Of a DNA stretch of 64,000 bases, positions 42,063-55,209 are shown piece by piece (position 1 is the stretch's first letter; every line of letters starts with the position of its first letter). The position numbers and the translations under genes were made by a program. Source of the stretch: Octopus sinensis. Taxonomy: Eukaryota. The notes beneath the pieces were generated by a model, which was not told the origin of the DNA, made no database searches, and worked only from the letters and a program-made list of their open reading frames with translations. The stretch covers positions 51,646,001-51,710,000 of the forward strand of contig NC_043015.1 of the NCBI RefSeq assembly GCF_006345805.1. The letters are read 5' to 3'.

Positions 42063-42415
42063 CCAACTACTACTACAACTACTACTACTACTACTACTAA
42101 TACTAATACTAATACTACTGCTGCTGCTGTCGTTGTTGATACTGCTGCTAATACTATTTGTAGTAGTAGTAATAGCAGTAGTAGTAGTAGTTGTAGTAGT
42201 AGTAGTAGTAGTAATAATAGTAGTAGTAGTAGTAGTATATGCAGCAGCAGTGGTGGTCTTAGTAGTAGTAGTGGTGCTAGTAGTAGTAGTGCTCGTAGTA
42301 GTAGTAGTAATAGATGCAGCAGTAGAGGTTGTATTATTAGTAGCAGCAGAATTAGTAGTAGTAATTGTTGCAGTCACAGTGGTAGTAGTAGTAGTAGTAG
42401 TAGTAGTAGTTGTAC
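42063..42415. repeat. (CTA)n/(GTA)n compound microsatellite
   Basis: Directly visible. Confidence 0.9.
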
Positions 42416-42597
42416 GTGGTAATTGTTGTTGTGGTGTTGGTGGTCTTGGTGCTTGTAGTTTTTTGGGGGTTTAGTTTGTGTGACTGTGGCGGTACTTTTC
42501 GTGGTACTTGTGGTGTTGAAGATAATGTAGAATGTGATAGCAGTAATAGTTATATACGTGTTAATATTATTAATATAGAAGTGAATTAATATGGATA

Positions 42598-43218
<621 letters not shown>

Positions 43219-43227
43219 CATGGCGAC

Positions 43228-44063
43228 ATGACAGATGAACAAAAGGCAATCTACGACAGAATAAAGGTAAGACTACAGGAGAAAGATAGCGACATTATTT
43301 GCAACCTTAAAAAGTTTGGTCGATGGAAATTGAACCAAGAAACGAGAAATGTCAATGAAATTCTGAAATACATCAGAACAAACAATATCACAGAAACAAA
43401 TAATTTATCAAGGCAGAAAGTATTGTTGTAGCAGAAACCGTGGGTGTTGATGTCAAGGAAAAGAAACATAATGGGACTGGTAAAAAAGATCCATGGTGGA
43501 AAAGACGAATCCAGGCAGGGTTAGACATGCTCTCGAAGGAAATCTCCGTGTTAGGCCGAAAAGAGAAAGGGGAGCTTAAAAGCGAACAAAAATACTGGGC
43601 TCTGAAAAAGAAGTGTAATATTGAAAGAAAGAGCCTGAAAGTAGTAATGGAGGAACTGAAACAGCGCCTCGTTGCAAAGGGTAAGACACGACCAAAGAAT
43701 GAAGGGTTACCACCAGAATAGGTTATTCAGAGTAGATCAAAATAGATTCTATAAAAAAATAAATGGAGAGTGTACAGATGAAAAGTTGATACCAGAGAAC
43801 ATTGAAAGTCAAAGGTTTGTGAGTGACGTCTCGAGCAAAGACAAGGAGCACAAGAAAGATGCTGAATGGTTGCAGGAACTGAACCAAAGTGTAATCTGTC
43901 CAAAACAGCAGAACTACTCATTTCAGTTAGGGAAGTGAAGAAAATCAGCAAAGAAAATGTGCAACTGGAAGGCTCCGGGACCAGATGGAATTCAAGGCTA
44001 CTAGATTAAAAGACTTGGTGAATGTCATGCACGAATAGCTGTGAAACTCAACAACTTGTTATT
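43228..44063 (+). pseudogene. Decayed R4/Dong-clade ORF fragment, N-terminal to and entering the RT domain
   Basis: PWWKRRI, LKQRLVAK, QNRLFRVDQNRFYK, NWKAPGPDGIQGY*IKRL across frameshifts and stops. Confidence 0.85.
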
Positions 44064-44421
44064 GTCGAGTAGCCCATCGCACTCAAAAGATCCCTGAATA
44101 AGGGTTGTTTAAGGACGTTGAACGCACCACCCATGTTTCCAGAGGTGAATTATTCAAACCCCGAAGTATCCCTCTCAACACATGGCTATGATACTCTCCC
44201 ACTACTTTTGCTCGTGATCAGAGATGCACATATCGTCAGCCACTAAGGGACATGCTCAACTGGTTAAGGTCAAGCAACTGACAAACAAATCTGTGGTATT
44301 GAGCAGAATATTTGCTGTAGCCCATTTTTGATACCAAGACAAAACAATGTACAAGATAACATTTCCAATCAGTTAAGATCAGGAGCCATGAGAGCCACTA
44401 TCTCGTACTGCATCGGGGCAT
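44064..44421 (-). repeat. Probable dispersed repeat beginning in (TAA)n and abutting the Dong fragment
   Basis: Abrupt loss of Dong homology at 44063 and a (TAA)n boundary at ~44421; repeat status is from recall of Octopus repeats, not verified. Confidence 0.45.
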
Positions 44422-44739
44422 TATTATTATTATTATTATTATCATTATTATTATTATAAAAGGAAGTTGAGGGTGGAGAGGGACGTGTTGCCTTATAGCT
44501 AGTGTGTTGAAAGGTGGGTGAATGTTAGAAGAATGCCCAGTGTAAAAGGACAAATTCTGAGCGTGCACCTGTAAAAAAAGGAGAAGAGCTCTTGCTATCT
44601 TCTTCAGGCGCCCATGACTTTTGTGGGTTTTTCCACGAGGTCCTTAAAGTGTCTCTCCTATTGGGAGTACCAGTTTAATACAGGGGTCAATGTAATCGAC
44701 TACTACCTCCCCTAAATTTCAGGCCCATTGTAGAAAGAG

Positions 44740-44789
44740 TCGTTACTATTATTATCATTACTATGTTATTATTATTATTATTATTGTTG

Positions 44790-44856
<67 letters not shown>

Positions 44857-44867
44857 CATTATTATCA

Positions 44868-44906
<39 letters not shown>

Positions 44907-45027
44907 TATCATTATTATCATTATTATTATTTACTTCAGTAGTAGTAGCAGCAACAGCAGCAGAAGAAGCAGCAGTAGTAGTAGTAGTAGTAGTACTAGT
45001 AGTAGTAGCAGCAACAGCAGCAGCTGC

Positions 45028-45073
<46 letters not shown>

Positions 45074-45110
45074 TAGTAGTAGTAGTAGTAGTAGTGGTGG
45101 TCGTGGTCGT
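44740..45110. repeat. (TTA)n/(GTA)n microsatellite
   Basis: Directly visible. Confidence 0.95.
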
Positions 45111-46572
45111 GGTGTCCATTTTATTGTGTTTATATTTTGATTTGTTGAGAAGAATGAGGATGAAGACGACGTCGACGGCGATGATGGTTATATTAAAGGT
45201 TTTATTTTCTTTAATTAGAGCTACTTAACATGGTTACTGTTTTGGGCGTACGTTTGTTCGCTTGTTTATTCGATTGTCTGTCTGCTTCCATGTTTGTTTG
45301 TTTTGTTTTATGTATATTTCGCTGCTTTTGGACAACACAGCTAATTGTGACGTCGATAATTTTCGCTGCTTCGCTGCATCGTAAAAGTAAATATCTACCT
45401 TCAGCTGATTACATCGGAGTTATTTCTCTATAGAAAATTCATCCAAGCAAAATATCGTGTCTCATCAAGAAACAATATGAATTTTGCGAGAAAGGATTTG
45501 AAACAAAAAAAAAAATACAGAGAGAGAGAGAGAGAACAGAAAGGAAAAAATGGAGAGAAGAAATTTAGGAACGTGCAAGAAAGAGAAGGAAGAACGCATG
45601 GAGGAAGAAATAAAGGTTAAGACGTGAAGAATTAGTGAAGGAGGAAAGGAAGGAAGGAAGAATTCAAGAAATGAAGGAGCCAAATTTGGAGGAGAGACTC
45701 AAAGACAGAAAGGCAGCGACAGACGTGAAATCAAGGTATAAATAAACAGACAAACATTCTAATGAAATGAGTAAAATGTAATTACAAAAGTAAGAGGGGA
45801 ATAAGAGAAGATTTTGAAAATATGATTTTTTTTTTTCAACAAAATGAAATAAAAATATAATCAAGTCAACGAGAATTACAGAAAAATGTAAGAATTAATA
45901 AGAAGGAATTAAACACAGAGAAATAGCTAGAAAAAAAAATTAAAGCATCTTGTAGAAAGTTGCGCAGACTTGGTGTTAAGTCATACATCGGGAGATGAGT
46001 GTTGTGCATGGCTACCCTAAGTTAAATATGTTCAACGGCATGAAATGTGGAGCTAGAACAACCTAACATGAGAGGAGAACGGCAGAACTAGCCAGGTTTT
46101 AAACGTCGCCAACATACCAAGAACAACGCAACCGTTAACATTTTATAATGTTATGTATATGCGTGTATGTGTATGTGTGCATGTATGTCTACAGACATAG
46201 AAGATGTATGTTTATATATATATATATACATGTAGATGCCTATAAATATTATAATACTTACGTACACGTACTATTTATATATATATATATATATATAATA
46301 TATTATATATATATATATATATATAATATATATATATATTATATATATATATATATATATATTTATGCGTGTTTGTGTGTATTTGTGTGCATGTATGTCT
46401 ACAGATATAGAAATATGTATGTTTTTATATATATACCATCTATATGTCTATATATATATGTGTGTTATAAAAATTACGTACACGTACATATATGCATATA
46501 TCTGTATATATGCATATATATGCATACATTATATACACACACATATATATACATATATATATCAACACGCAT

Positions 46573-46609
<37 letters not shown>

Positions 46610-47639
46610 TATACATATATATATACACGCATATATATATATTTCAATATATATATATATACGTATGTACATATTTATGTTTATATATATATGTGTGTGT
46701 GTGTGTGTGTCTGTGTGTGTGTATCACTTGGCTTTTCTTTGTCTTATTTTATCTAACGTCGCGATTGCATGTAAAACATTTCGAAGGAGCCTTCACAAAC
46801 ATCATCTTCATTGCCCCAAAAACACCACCGCCATCACCAGCACCACCTCGCCCTCCATCCCAATGCCAGCGCCACCATCACAACGAAAAAAAACAACAAA
46901 TAAAAAGACAAGAAGCGCTTCCAATTTTGGGCGAGGCACGCATGTAAAATGCGGTAATAAAATTTAAGAACGGATTTCAAATTAAATACGTTAGATATTT
47001 GGAAGCCATATTGGACAACGTATCGTATATGGAGATGTATGTATGTACAGGTGCGTAAGTTCATGTGTGTGTGTCTGTGCCTGTGTGTGTGTGCGTGTCT
47101 GTGTGTCGGCGAGTTTATAAATGAGTATTGGTATGTGTTTCAAAGTGTGAGTATATATATGTGTGTGTATGTGTGCATGCGTGTGTGTGTGTGTGAGAGA
47201 GAGTGTGTCTTTGTATGTGTGTGTGTGTGTGTAAGAGACAGACATGCAAAGTAATATATATGAATGTTGATAAACAGAGACAGCATCAGTTAAAATCTAA
47301 AACTCTACATTTATACATTAATGATACGTATGCAAGCATATATATATAAGTGTGTGTGTGTGCACACACACACACATGTATGTATAGAACATGTATGTAT
47401 AGAACATTTGCCTACTGTCTTTTACTAAGAGTGTTCTGTAATTCTTCGCCGAATGCACTGGTGGTTAATAATATCTGTTATTAAGTACATTCATTAATTC
47501 TTCCTTTCTGAGGACGTCTCATTTGGTTTATATGGAAATCTTTGCTCAACAACCTATGCACCACATGGACAACTATTTCAGAAACAGCTGTATAAGACTT
47601 TATGCATTATTTCTAACAATTCTGAAATTGTGTTTGAAT

Positions 47640-47824
47640 TATCGTATTTCAAAGTATACACTGAACCATTTCTTTCAAAAATTAGGCTAAAGAATATGGG
47701 ATTTTCTTGTACACGAATAGTATTATAATCTCTTACTAAGCCTTTTTGTTTTTCAAATTTTAAGCCCAAAAGATTAGAGGGCTGTTTATACAAGAGGGTT
47801 CTTTATACACGTAAAAATACGGTA
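47640..47824 (+). mobile_element. pogo/Tc1-type DNA transposon right end
   Basis: Ends TTATACAAGAG...TTATACACGTAAAAATACGG-TA, the duplicated TTATAC motif plus ATACGG-TA terminus of pogo-type TIRs; no convincing left end. Confidence 0.55.
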
Positions 47825-48144
47825 TACATTACATGCTCTAAAGTGATACCCGATGTGCTCTCACATTCTTTCTAATAAGTATAAATATATATATATATAT
47901 ATCCTAACAGGATACAGTTAGGAGTCTTTTCACTATATTCGTTGAGACTGGGTTTTGATTGGTTTGGAACTATATGACGTCAGTGAAAAGTGCAAGTGAC
48001 CACAGCCTAGCTGAGCTGATATAAACCCAACAATCACAAAATTCACCAAAATTATGCGAACAGACACCGACCAAAAATCATTACTGTTGCTCCCATTGGA
48101 ACACAAGGTAAAATCTAAAATGAACTCCTTGCCTTTTCAAGAAC

Positions 48145-48342
48145 ATGAATTTTTTTTATATTTGACTCTATTGAATATATGTCACAATTATGAACTACTA
48201 CATCATACTCTTTAAACATATAGCATGGACTCCCTTTATTATATATGAATTTTTTATATTTGACTCTATTGAATATATGTCACAATTATGAACTATTATA
48301 TCATACTCTTTAAACATATAGCATGAACTCCCTTTATTATAT
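48145..48342. repeat. Tandem duplication, ~100-bp unit
   Basis: 48145-48244 is nearly identical to 48245-48342. Confidence 0.9.
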
Positions 48343-48438
48343 ATAATTTTTTTTTCTAAGGTTAGTCATTTCAAGAACCGAAACATGTTAAAAATTAAAA
48401 TGTGTCTAATAGCAGCATTTTTTCAAACTTCATTTTTT

Positions 48439-48490
<52 letters not shown>

Positions 48491-48496
<6 letters not shown>

Positions 48497-48823
48497 AGTG
48501 AATTGAAGAAATGGAGTTGAACGAAGATTGAACAGAATTCCTTTTATTGCATTCTACACATGTTTCAAAAGCCACAATTTTCCAAATTGAGTTCAGCCAT
48601 GGGCTCTTAAAGAGCCGCCCCTCGTTCAATTGCTTTGCTGCGCCTCTGTTCTGTTTTGTTCTGCCAACGGAATTCCTATTTTTTTCCTGAAGAGAAAGCC
48701 ACAATATGGTATCCTTATTCAATCAGAATTTGGAAATTGTGGCTTTTGAAACATGTGTAGAATGCATAAAGGAATTCTGTTCAATCTTCGTTCAACTCCA
48801 TTTCTTCAATTCACTAATAATAT
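48491..48823. repeat. Fold-back with ~97-bp arms
   Basis: 48491-48588 versus the reverse complement of 48727-48823 differ mainly by homopolymer-type indels. Confidence 0.9.
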
Positions 48824-49053
48824 TAAAATTCAATTATCCGCACCAACGCACGGTTGCAACACCAAATGGTTTTATCTCCAACCGTGCTTTCTTCTGCTGT
48901 GATTTTGCTACCAAGGTATCGGTTAAACTTTTGATTAATCTACAACAAGATTATTCATTTTTCTATTTTACCAAACATATATATATATATATATCGTTTT
49001 GGGATTTGGTTTGCAAGACTTTATATGAGATCGTGTGTTGAAGTATATTCTGT

Positions 49054-49200
49054 TGTGTCTGGGGAGAGTCATTCTCTTTTAGTGCCTTATTATTTAACAC
49101 ACTCACCGGTAAAATTTCCACTTATTTCTTAAGTGCAAATTTTACCAGTGAGCGTGTTAAATAATAAGGCACTAAAAGAGAATGACTCTCCCCAGACACA
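49054..49200. repeat. Near-perfect palindrome (64-bp stem)
   Basis: TGTGTCTGGGGAGAGTC...GACTCTCCCCAGACACA with 2 mismatches and a short loop. Confidence 0.9.
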
Positions 49201-49436
49201 TCAGTATATATATATATATGTAAATGTCATGTTCCGACTTTCTCCCTTAATATAATTATATATATATATATATAATTATTAATTTAATATGTAAATTGCT
49301 TATAAATTTTCATTCCATACTGACTACCTGATAATAATCACTAACGTTATTTTTATCCTTATTTTATGAATATATATATGCATATATATATACAATGTGC
49401 GAGTATACACACACATATGTATGTATATATATATAT

Positions 49437-49485
<49 letters not shown>

Positions 49486-49486
<1 letters not shown>

Positions 49487-49715
49487 CATACATACATACA
49501 TACATACATACATACATACATACATTTAAATACAAGTTGCATTTAAAATTAAAGTTTGGGTAGGAGACTTTAAGGTGTAGTATCCAAAGGTTGTTATGAG
49601 AATGTTCACTGTAGTGTGTCTGCGGATCACGTGCACCGCTTGCGGCTACCAGGCGTCATCCGGGGTGGTGCTCTTTTGCTGCCGGATGTACGTAAGGAAG
49701 TCCTCGGGGCACGTT
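49486..49715 (-). mobile_element. 5'-truncated retroposon 3' end related to the 56.5-58.6 kb element
   Basis: Shares CCGAGGA.TTCCTTACGTA, GGATGACGCCT.GT.GCC, GCAGACA, AGTCTCCTA and a (TATG)n tail with 58168-58630. Confidence 0.75.
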
Positions 49716-50064
49716 CTGTGTTATCCGCATTAATCATTTAGCAATATAGGTGTGTGAGGGGGCGCTTGTGTGTATTTATATACACATACACACACACATA
49801 TATATATTCTTTTATTTTTTATGTGTAATGACCAAAATTCGGAATTAATCTCTTACAGTAACAGTTACCCTCAAGGAAATGATGAGGTCCGAGAGTGTTT
49901 TACTGAGGGACGTTGATGTATGTATGCATAACAGTAAAGTGTGGTTCTGTATATTCAATATTGAAATGCAGCTTCAAACCGCACCCGACTCACCTTAGTG
50001 ATAGTTGGCTCCCTTGCTATTTCTAAAATCAGAAATCTCCCGTTCAAATAATAATTAGCTCTCT

Positions 50065-50642
50065 GCATGGTTGAGTGGTTAAGAAGATCGGTTTATAGCC
50101 GTATGGCTTCAGGTTCAATTCCACTGTCCTGCACTACTTTGAAGGTTTTTCTACTTATAGCCATGTATGAGTGAATTAAATGGAAGGAAACTGTGTAGAA
50201 GCCTGGCGTACACATACACACACATACATACAGGCACAAAGAGACGCACACACACACACTCGCACACATAAACACACACATACATATGTGTGTTTATGTG
50301 TGCGAGTGTGTGTGTGTGTGTGCGTGTTTATGTGTGCGAGTGTTTGTGTGTGTGTGCGTCTCTTTGTGCCTGTGTATATATGTGTTATTGTGTGTGTGTT
50401 TGCGTGTGTATGTGTGTGGTCGAATCTGCATTGTTGCGTCTTCGCTTGCCCTCCACCAACGCTTAATAACCGGTGTCAGTTTGTTTACTTCCCCGTTACC
50501 TAGCGTTTCGTTAAAAGGGGTCGAGAGAATAAGTAACAGACTTAAAAAGAACTACTGGGTTCCATTTGTTCGAATTAGACGCTTCAAGGCAGTGCTACAG
50601 CATGGCCGCAATCCAATGACAAGAACAAGTAAAAGATAAAAG
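50065..50642 (+). mobile_element. Old SINE family C with internal (CA)/(TG) expansion
   Basis: Diverged head and CAGCATGGCCGCAATCCAATGAC..AACAAGTAAAAGATAAAAG tail. Confidence 0.7.
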
Positions 50643-51521
50643 TACTAACAATGCACTTTTAATCAATTTAATAAAAACTTGTAGGTTTACTACATCAACT
50701 AAACAAGCACCGACTTTACTACTACGACTATTTATTTTAGCAATCCCGATATTTGCGCCATCTTGATATATTAGCCATCTTAATATTGTATTGAGCGAGA
50801 AATGTTTACAGACATATATTTAGACCGTGAAAACGTGTAATCCAATTATTTTGTAGTTAATTCTGTACGATTAATAAACAATGAAAAAAACACCTACTTT
50901 TAGGAGATCCCGCCATAAATTTATTTGTCATCGTTGTTGACAACGACTATTTCTAGAGGGAGAAGACGTACGAGCAAAAAGTATATTAATTAATAGACGA
51001 CTATCTCGTTAGCGTCGTCGTACGTGCACTATCTCTGAACTGAAGGAAGTTCACACTTTTAACAAGCTATAGAACTGAAAGGAAAGGCTGTGAAAAACGA
51101 TATATTTATACGAAACCATCAATCATTGTCAGTCGTAAAAATATTTCGCTTTTTAAAAAAAATTTATGCGGCTACAAAGATACATTATTCTGCTTAAATT
51201 ATACAAATAGTCGACTTATAACTTTGGTATTTGAGAGAACAAATTGATTGCTTTGCAAATGATAGATTTCTTCATTTTTCATTCGAGACATTACTATAGA
51301 ATGATTTATCATTTATAGAGAACTGTAGAACTCTGCATTGTACCATCTTCATTTTACAACGCAAGCTGCTGTGTGATAGGCACGTAGAAGCGATGCTGGG
51401 TTCAAGATACGAACTACGGTTCAGCGCTCGGTCATATGGAGAATTAAGCAAATCTTACGTGTAAATGTTTCAATCACCCCTTAACATATTACTCACCATA
51501 GAGACATCAATACTAGGATCT

Positions 51522-51621
51522 TTATGGAAGACTATCAGTCGCTCATGCATACTAGCCTCCCCATCTCCATACCCCTGATGTTATCCAAGGGAAAGGCAAA
51601 GGGGCCGATACAGCTTGGCAC
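51522..51621 (-). repeat. Inverted copy of SINE tail segment 52646-52745
   Basis: About 95 of 100 positions identical in reverse complement. Confidence 0.85.
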
Positions 51622-51725
51622 TTAATGGGTTGCGAAACGAATTTAATTCATTTCCAAGGATATTTTTCAAACTATAAATTGTAATGATAATCATAATTGT
51701 GTTGTATATACTTCCAAGGGCTTCA

Positions 51726-51880
51726 GGTGGCGATCTGGTAGAATCTTTAGCACTTTACCTTTCGTCCTTTCAGAATCGATAAACTAAATACCTGTTGAGC
51801 ATTGGCGTCGGTGTAATCGACTTGCGCCCTAACGAGAAATTGCTGGCCTTGTGTCAATATTCGAAAGCAATATATTTATT
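51726..51880 (+). mobile_element. Internally deleted SINE family D
   Basis: Head joined directly to CTTTCGTCCTTTCAGAATCGATAAA. Confidence 0.65.
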
Positions 51881-51894
51881 CATTTAGTAGAGTT

Positions 51895-52465
51895 GGGCAA
51901 GCTGGCAAAGTTGTTAGCACGCCGGGCGAAATGCTTAGCGGCATTTCATCTGCCGTTACGTTCTGAGTTCATATTCCACCAAGGTTGACTTTGCCTTTCA
52001 TCCTTTTGCGGTCGATAAATTAAGTACCAGTTACGTACTGGGGTCGATGTATTCGACTTAATCCGTTTGTCTGTCCTTGTTTGTCCCCTCTATGTTTAGC
52101 CCCTTGTGGGTAATAAAGAAACAAGTATTTCGTCTGCCGTTACGTTCTGAGTGCAAATTCCGCCGAGGTCGACTTTGCCTTTCATCCTTTCGGGGCCGAT
52201 TAAATAAGTACCAGTTACCCACTGGGGTCGATATAATCGACTTAATCCGTTTGTCTATCCTTGTTTGTCCTCTCTGTGTTTAGCCCCTTGTAGGAAGAAA
52301 GAAATACGTATTTCATCTGTCTTAACGTTCTGAGTTCAAATTCGCCGAGGTTGACTTTGCCTTTCGTCCTTTCGGGGTCAAAAAATTAAGTATCAGCTGC
52401 GTACTGGGGTCAATCTAATCGACTGGCCCCCCTCCCCACAAAAAACTCGTGCCTAGATTAGAATA
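51895..52465 (+). mobile_element. SINE family D tandem trimer (~184-bp unit)
   Basis: Units restart at 51941, 52125 and 52308. Confidence 0.9.
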
Positions 52466-52504
52466 GTATATTGCTGTGTTAATTTTCCTTGGGCCTAACG
52501 AATG

Positions 52505-52838
52505 TCTCAGTGGTTTGAGCATCGGGTTCCCAACAGAGAGGTTATGAGTTCGATTCTTGGACTGGGCTGTGTGTTGTGTTTTTGATCAAGACACTTAATT
52601 TCACTCCGGTTCACGCAGCTGTAGAAATGAGTTGCGGCGTCACTGGTGCCAAGCTGCATCGGCCCCTTTGCCTTTCCCTTGGATAACATCAGGGGTGTGG
52701 AAATGGGGAGGCTAGTTTGCATGAGCGACTGATGGTCTTCCATAAAGAACCTTGCCTGGGCTTGTGCCTCGAATGGGGACTTTTTAAGTGCAATACCATT
52801 GTCATTCATGGCCAAAGGTTGGGGTCTTAAACCTTTTA
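52505..52838 (+). mobile_element. Old SINE family B with GCCAAGCTG.ATCGGCCCC tail
   Basis: Box B GAGTTCGATTC and CORE-like TTGATCAAGACACTTAATTTCAC. Confidence 0.7.
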
Positions 52839-52967
52839 CGACTCGATTACCCGATTTCTGTAGAGTACAAATGACTGAGAGGAAAGCTTTTCCCCTCAAA
52901 ACGTCGCTTCATTTTCAGAGTTGAAGGCTAGCAATTCTGCGGTGAGTGGACAAGACGATCACTTGGA

Positions 52968-53118
52968 ACACAGTACTTGACTAATACTTTATCGACGCCC
53001 GAAAGGTTGAACCGCAATATTGACATCGGTGGGATTTGAACTCAGAACGTAAAGACGGAGAACAGATGACACTTAATATTTTGTCGGACGCACTGACGAT
53101 TCTACCAGCTCGTCACCT
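52968..53118 (-). mobile_element. SINE family D, diverged
   Basis: GGGATTTGAACTCAGAACGTAAAGACGG...ATTCTACCAGCTCGTCACC. Confidence 0.7.
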
Positions 53119-54599
53119 TGTATTTATATGAACAGGAATTGAATGTATTTTCCGAGAAAGCGAGACAGTGCTGATAACGATAAACAAACAGGAGGCCCGA
53201 TTCTTCTTATTCAAATTTCACACTTTTTCTTGGTTGTATGTTGTTTATAGCTGTGAGGTCGATAAGATAAATATCATCAAGACATCGAAGCAAAATTAAT
53301 CGACTGCGCACCCACTTCACATGCAATCACAATTTTATTTGTTTGTAAATCAGTTTCTTTCGACTGAAATGATATATTTATACATATATCCTTTCTTTTC
53401 TTTGCATGTACTTCACCTTTGAATAAGTTTTCTACTTCCCACGCGTAGATAGATCCGTTCGATATCTCATAGCGAAAAACCTATTTAATGAATTTGATTC
53501 CTATGTAAAGAACAATAACTTTAGATGGTGTTTCTTGATTTCTTTGACTTTTTTTTACTCTCTTCTAAAGTTGCGTTTATAGAGCTCTACCTTTGAAGTG
53601 CGCGAACGTTTCAGTTGAGTTCGCGCCTTTTGAATATAACGTTAAGCAAGAACAATACTACTACAGCGAAGCTTTTTATGCCGACATATACATATTCTCT
53701 TTGCACTTTTGCTCTTTTAATTTCAACGAAAATATTCAGAAAACTACCAGATCAAACAGTTTCCGAATGATGCTAAGTTATTCTTTAAATTCTCTTTTAG
53801 TTTTCGATTAATATAACTGGCCAACTGGAACAAGTCTGTAATTGAATATTTAGAAAGAGTTCGTTTTCCGGAATACCTATTAGTAAGAAAAATCTATCGT
53901 TTTGTTTGAAATTATATAGAAAATAAAAGCCAAAAAATAGATACGTCCTAATAGCAACTTCCTCCAGCGTTTTGCCTTTATCAAATGAAAAGTCTTTTGG
54001 TGTAAAGATGGCGGTTGTATTTTCTTTTTAAGATTGTTCACAAGAAAACTCAAGGAGTTGCTCAAGCAACGAAAATCTCCCGATTTACAACAAAAGATAA
54101 GCACCTTTCGCTCATATATATGCAAACGCATACAAACACATGTCTAAATATAAATGGTTCTCCGACTGTTTCGGGGATGAATATTCTAGTTAAGCCATCC
54201 ACTGCACTAGTTTTTTCCTGAATTAATGTTTAACTGGTTGGGTATTCCAAAGATACTTGTATGTTCGATCTAATCACCAGGCAAAATCAACGAGATACCA
54301 ACATGTCCGGTAATCCTGGTTCGCTGGCCCTTTTAATAACTGGTACATTCTGACTGACGGGTTCCTAAGTCTTTTTCGTCAGCCCTTATTTCACTTACAA
54401 AATCTGGGTCGATTCAAGACTAAGATAAAAGGTACAACCACGGGATATCTCATTCATTTAGCTTTCATACCAGATTAAGAAATACGCAAATTTCACACAA
54501 TCGCCAAAAGATTTTCTTAAAACAACCGAAACAGAAAAAATACGCATTTTAAACACAGCCCACAATAGTGAATAATAATGTGTTCCATCATACTAGTTT

Positions 54600-55010
54600 G
54601 ACGCTCGGGTAGGTGAGAAACTCTTTTACGTTTCGAGCCTACGCTCTTCAACAGAAAGGAACACGAAGAAATAAAGAAAGAATAATAATAATAATAAAAC
54701 TTGTGGATTTTCGTCAATCATGGCGACTGGTTAGGAAAAGGTAGTTGGATAGAAGAGCTAGGAAGAAGGGGAGATATATATACACGCATACAATACATAG
54801 TGTATGTATGTTTGTACTTTTTAATCCGTGGGAGGCAATGTGAGCAGCAACTACAAGAACACTACAAAAACCACAGAAAGATCAAACACATACGTATATT
54901 CATATATTCATTTATATCTACAGAACAGACATAAAGCCCTACGTTTAAAGATATAGTAAGAGATAAATATATAAACATCATATAAAAATATATAAATATA
55001 TAAGAGAATC
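54600..55010 (-). mobile_element. Penelope-like terminal region with hammerhead variant (54623-54658)
   Basis: CUUU-CUGUUGA-A-GAGC-GUAG-GCUC-GAAAC-GUA-AAAG on the minus strand; distal part homologous to 1420-1615. Confidence 0.55.
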
Positions 55011-55012
55011 TA

Positions 55013-55209
55013 TTGACGCTGAAATGCTCAGCGGTATTTCATCTGTCTTTATGTTCTGAATTCAAATTCCGTCAAGGTCCACTTTGCCTTTCATCCTTTC
55101 GGGATCGATAAATTAAGTACCAGTTGCGTACTGGGGTCGATCAAGTCCACCCTCCCCCTCCAAAAAAAATAATAATTCCAGGCCTTGTGTTTAGAGTATA
55201 AAAGAATTA
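55013..55209 (+). mobile_element. SINE family D monomer, 5'-clipped
   Basis: GAAATGCTCAGCGGTATTTCATCTG...GTACTGGGGTCGATC. Confidence 0.8.

Noticed and set aside
49615-49691. GC-rich AG...GTAAG-bounded candidate exon, open in all three frames
   Set aside because: Explained as the minus-strand 3' end of the retroposon family at 58168-58320.
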